Source: Eledone cirrhosa
Taxonomy: Eukaryota
DNA length: 64,000 nt
Direction: 5' to 3'
Assembly: GCA_964016885.1 (NCBI GenBank)
Contig: OZ024741.1
Location: 161,696,001 to 161,760,000, forward strand
The notes below the pieces were generated by a model. The model worked only from the letters and a program-made list of their open reading frames with translations. It was not told where the DNA came from and made no database searches. Made by a program: the position numbers and the translations under genes. Numbering within the stretch: the first letter of the stretch is position 1; every line of letters begins with the position of its first letter. Below, piece after piece: positions 61,966-64,000 of this stretch.

Positions 61966-64000
61966 GTACCCTCCTCCAGACGATAGGCGAAAAGCCCGAA
62001 GGTAACTGTAGCGAACCCACAAGCATGGGCTCCCAGCACAGGCATGAAATATTAACGAAAAGGTACATGTATAAATCAGGCATGAAATAGTAACGAAAAG
62101 GTACATGTATACATAGTAATACAATAAAGAGAAAAACAAAAGAGGCTCCAGTGGCCAGTTCACATAAAAACAGTTTGGCAGAGTTTTGGGGGCCAGTGGA
62201 CTCTTCGACCGGAACGGATCGTGGTCTTGTATGTAGGTGAAGATGGGGAAGAAGGAGAAGGTGTATGTACAAGAGAGAAAGATTGGGGTATTTGTGGCTC
62301 GGGTGTATGAGCGTCATTGTATGCCCTTTTTAGTCTATCCACCGAAATTGTCTCTCTGGACCCCTTAATGTCTACTGTGAAATGTTTGTCAGTACGTGCT
62401 AAAACACTGTAGGGTCCAGAGTACGGCTGTGTGAGGGGGTGGAGCAACCGCGTCGTTTCTGACGAATACATGTGTCTACGAGGCAATATCCCTCGGGACT
62501 GCAGCTTTAATAGTTTGTTTCCTAGTATTTATGGGTGGTAAGTCCTGAAAATAGGAGCGCAAATGAGATACGTAGGAAAGAGGGTCCTGAAAAGCAAGAT
62601 CAACAGGGGCAAGCATTTGCCCAGGCAATGCTAGAGGAGCACCATACAGTAAATCGGCCGGGGAGAACCCAAGGTCCTCCTTTATTGTTGACCGAATTCC
62701 TAACAACACAATAGGAAGGTACTCGCTCCAACGTTGAGAGTCTGGATAGGCGCGAAGAGCGGCCTTTAATTGGCGGTGGAATCGTTCCACCATTCCGTTC
62801 GAAGCAAGATGATAGGCTGTGGTTCGAATCCGTTGAACACCAATGATCTTTGTCAGCTCAGAGAAAAGATGAGACTCCAATTGTCTACCACAGTCTGTGG
62901 TGACTGTAGTTGGTACCCCAAAGCGGGTAATCCACCCTGATACCAGGGCACGCACTACAGTCTCAGCAGTAATATCTTTTAAGGGGATCACTTCAGGCCA
63001 TCGCAAAAACGATCGATACAGGTCAACAGGTACGAATATCCACTACTGAATGGCTAAGGTCCAACGATATCAATGTGGATGTGTTGAAACCGAGTATCTG
63101 GAGTACTGAAAGTACCAAGTGGAGTCCGGATGTGTCTGTGGACTTTAGATCTCTGACACTGTGTGCAGGAACGGCACCAGACAGTAATTTCTCGCCTCAT
63201 ATTGGGCCAGAAAAATCTAGCCGTTATAAGCTTTACTGTGGCAGAAATTCCTGGGTGAGAAATGCTGTGCAAAGCAAAGAACACAATTCGACGGTGAGCC
63301 TCAGGAACATATGGTCGTAGTGAATCCGTAGATACATCACATACAATCTGCCTGTCGGTGGTCGACAAGGGCAGATATTTGAAGATACAAGTCGCAAACT
63401 CGGCAGAAAGAGTATCCAACGATTGGAGTGCAGGTTGGTCTGCAGCTAAATGACTTAAGTCGATCTCCTGGGATGACGACATGGAGCTGATTGGCAAACG
63501 TGACAATGCGTCTGCAGCTATGTTAAGCGAGCCAGCAATGTGGTGGATATCATTTGTAAATTGCGAAACGTAATCCAGGTGCCTTGTCTCTCTGGGCGAA
63601 TATCTGTCGGCTTTAGCCCTCAAAGCGAAGGTCAGAGGTTTGTGGTCAGTTAAAACAGTAAAATTTCTCCCCTCAAGAATATGAGAGAAATGTTTCACCG
63701 ACAGATATATGGCTAATAATTCCCGCTCAAACGTGCTGTAACGCGTTTCTGCTGGTTTCAGCTTCTTTGAGAAAAATGCCAAAGGTTGTTGGTTTCCAGC
63801 GTTGTACTGCTGTAAAACTGCCCCCACAGCGGTATCAGATGCACCAACACAAAGCGAAAGCTTGGCCTCTGGTACCGGGTGGGCTAGCAAAGATGAACTA
63901 GCGAGTGCTGTCTTGGCAGTCTGGAAGTCTATAAGCTGTCCTTGTGTCAAGGAAATATCCTCATTCTTTTTACGACGATTTTTCAAAATGTCAGTAAGGG
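61686..64000 (-). mobile_element. Ty3/Gypsy LTR retrotransposon, 3' half (RNase H, integrase, PPT, 3' LTR); runs off the window
   Basis: RNase H motifs ..ASDTAVGAVL, FFSKKL, YSTFERELLAIY, TDHKPL and NIAADALSR. Integrase HHCC (HSISHPG...CRSCTQC) and DDE (HIDIVGP, TTD.GRQ, NGMVERFHR), plus PYSGPY. Broken by a stop and frameshifts. Confidence 0.93.

Overview
AT-rich, repeat-dense animal genomic DNA. The SINE, MITE and microsatellite landscape suggests an octopus or other cephalopod (inference). One protein-coding gene is well supported: a minus-strand lysosomal/prostatic-type histidine acid phosphatase (ACP2/ACP3-like). Its exons 1-8 lie at 37873-1443, with a signal peptide, an RHGDRSP motif, all GT-AG junctions and continuous phase; the remaining exons lie before position 1. 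Intron 7 (~19 kb) is mostly a ~16-kb 47-bp satellite with higher-order structure, which produces the giant spurious ORFs in the track. Intron 1 (~12.7 kb) holds an internally deleted Tx1-clade LINE, an internally deleted R4/Dong-clade LINE and a CRE-clade fragment. The rest of the window contains CR1 and RTE fragments, several SINE families, TTAA (piggyBac-type) MITEs, a mariner derivative, nested inverted repeats, a 23-unit array whose units resemble 3' splice sites, and the 3' half of a decayed Ty3/Gypsy LTR element. No CRISPR array, rRNA or tRNA gene was found, and no clearly new protein system is evident. The most unusual signals are in repeat architecture. Everything was read by eye; family assignments come from recalled motifs, not database searches.
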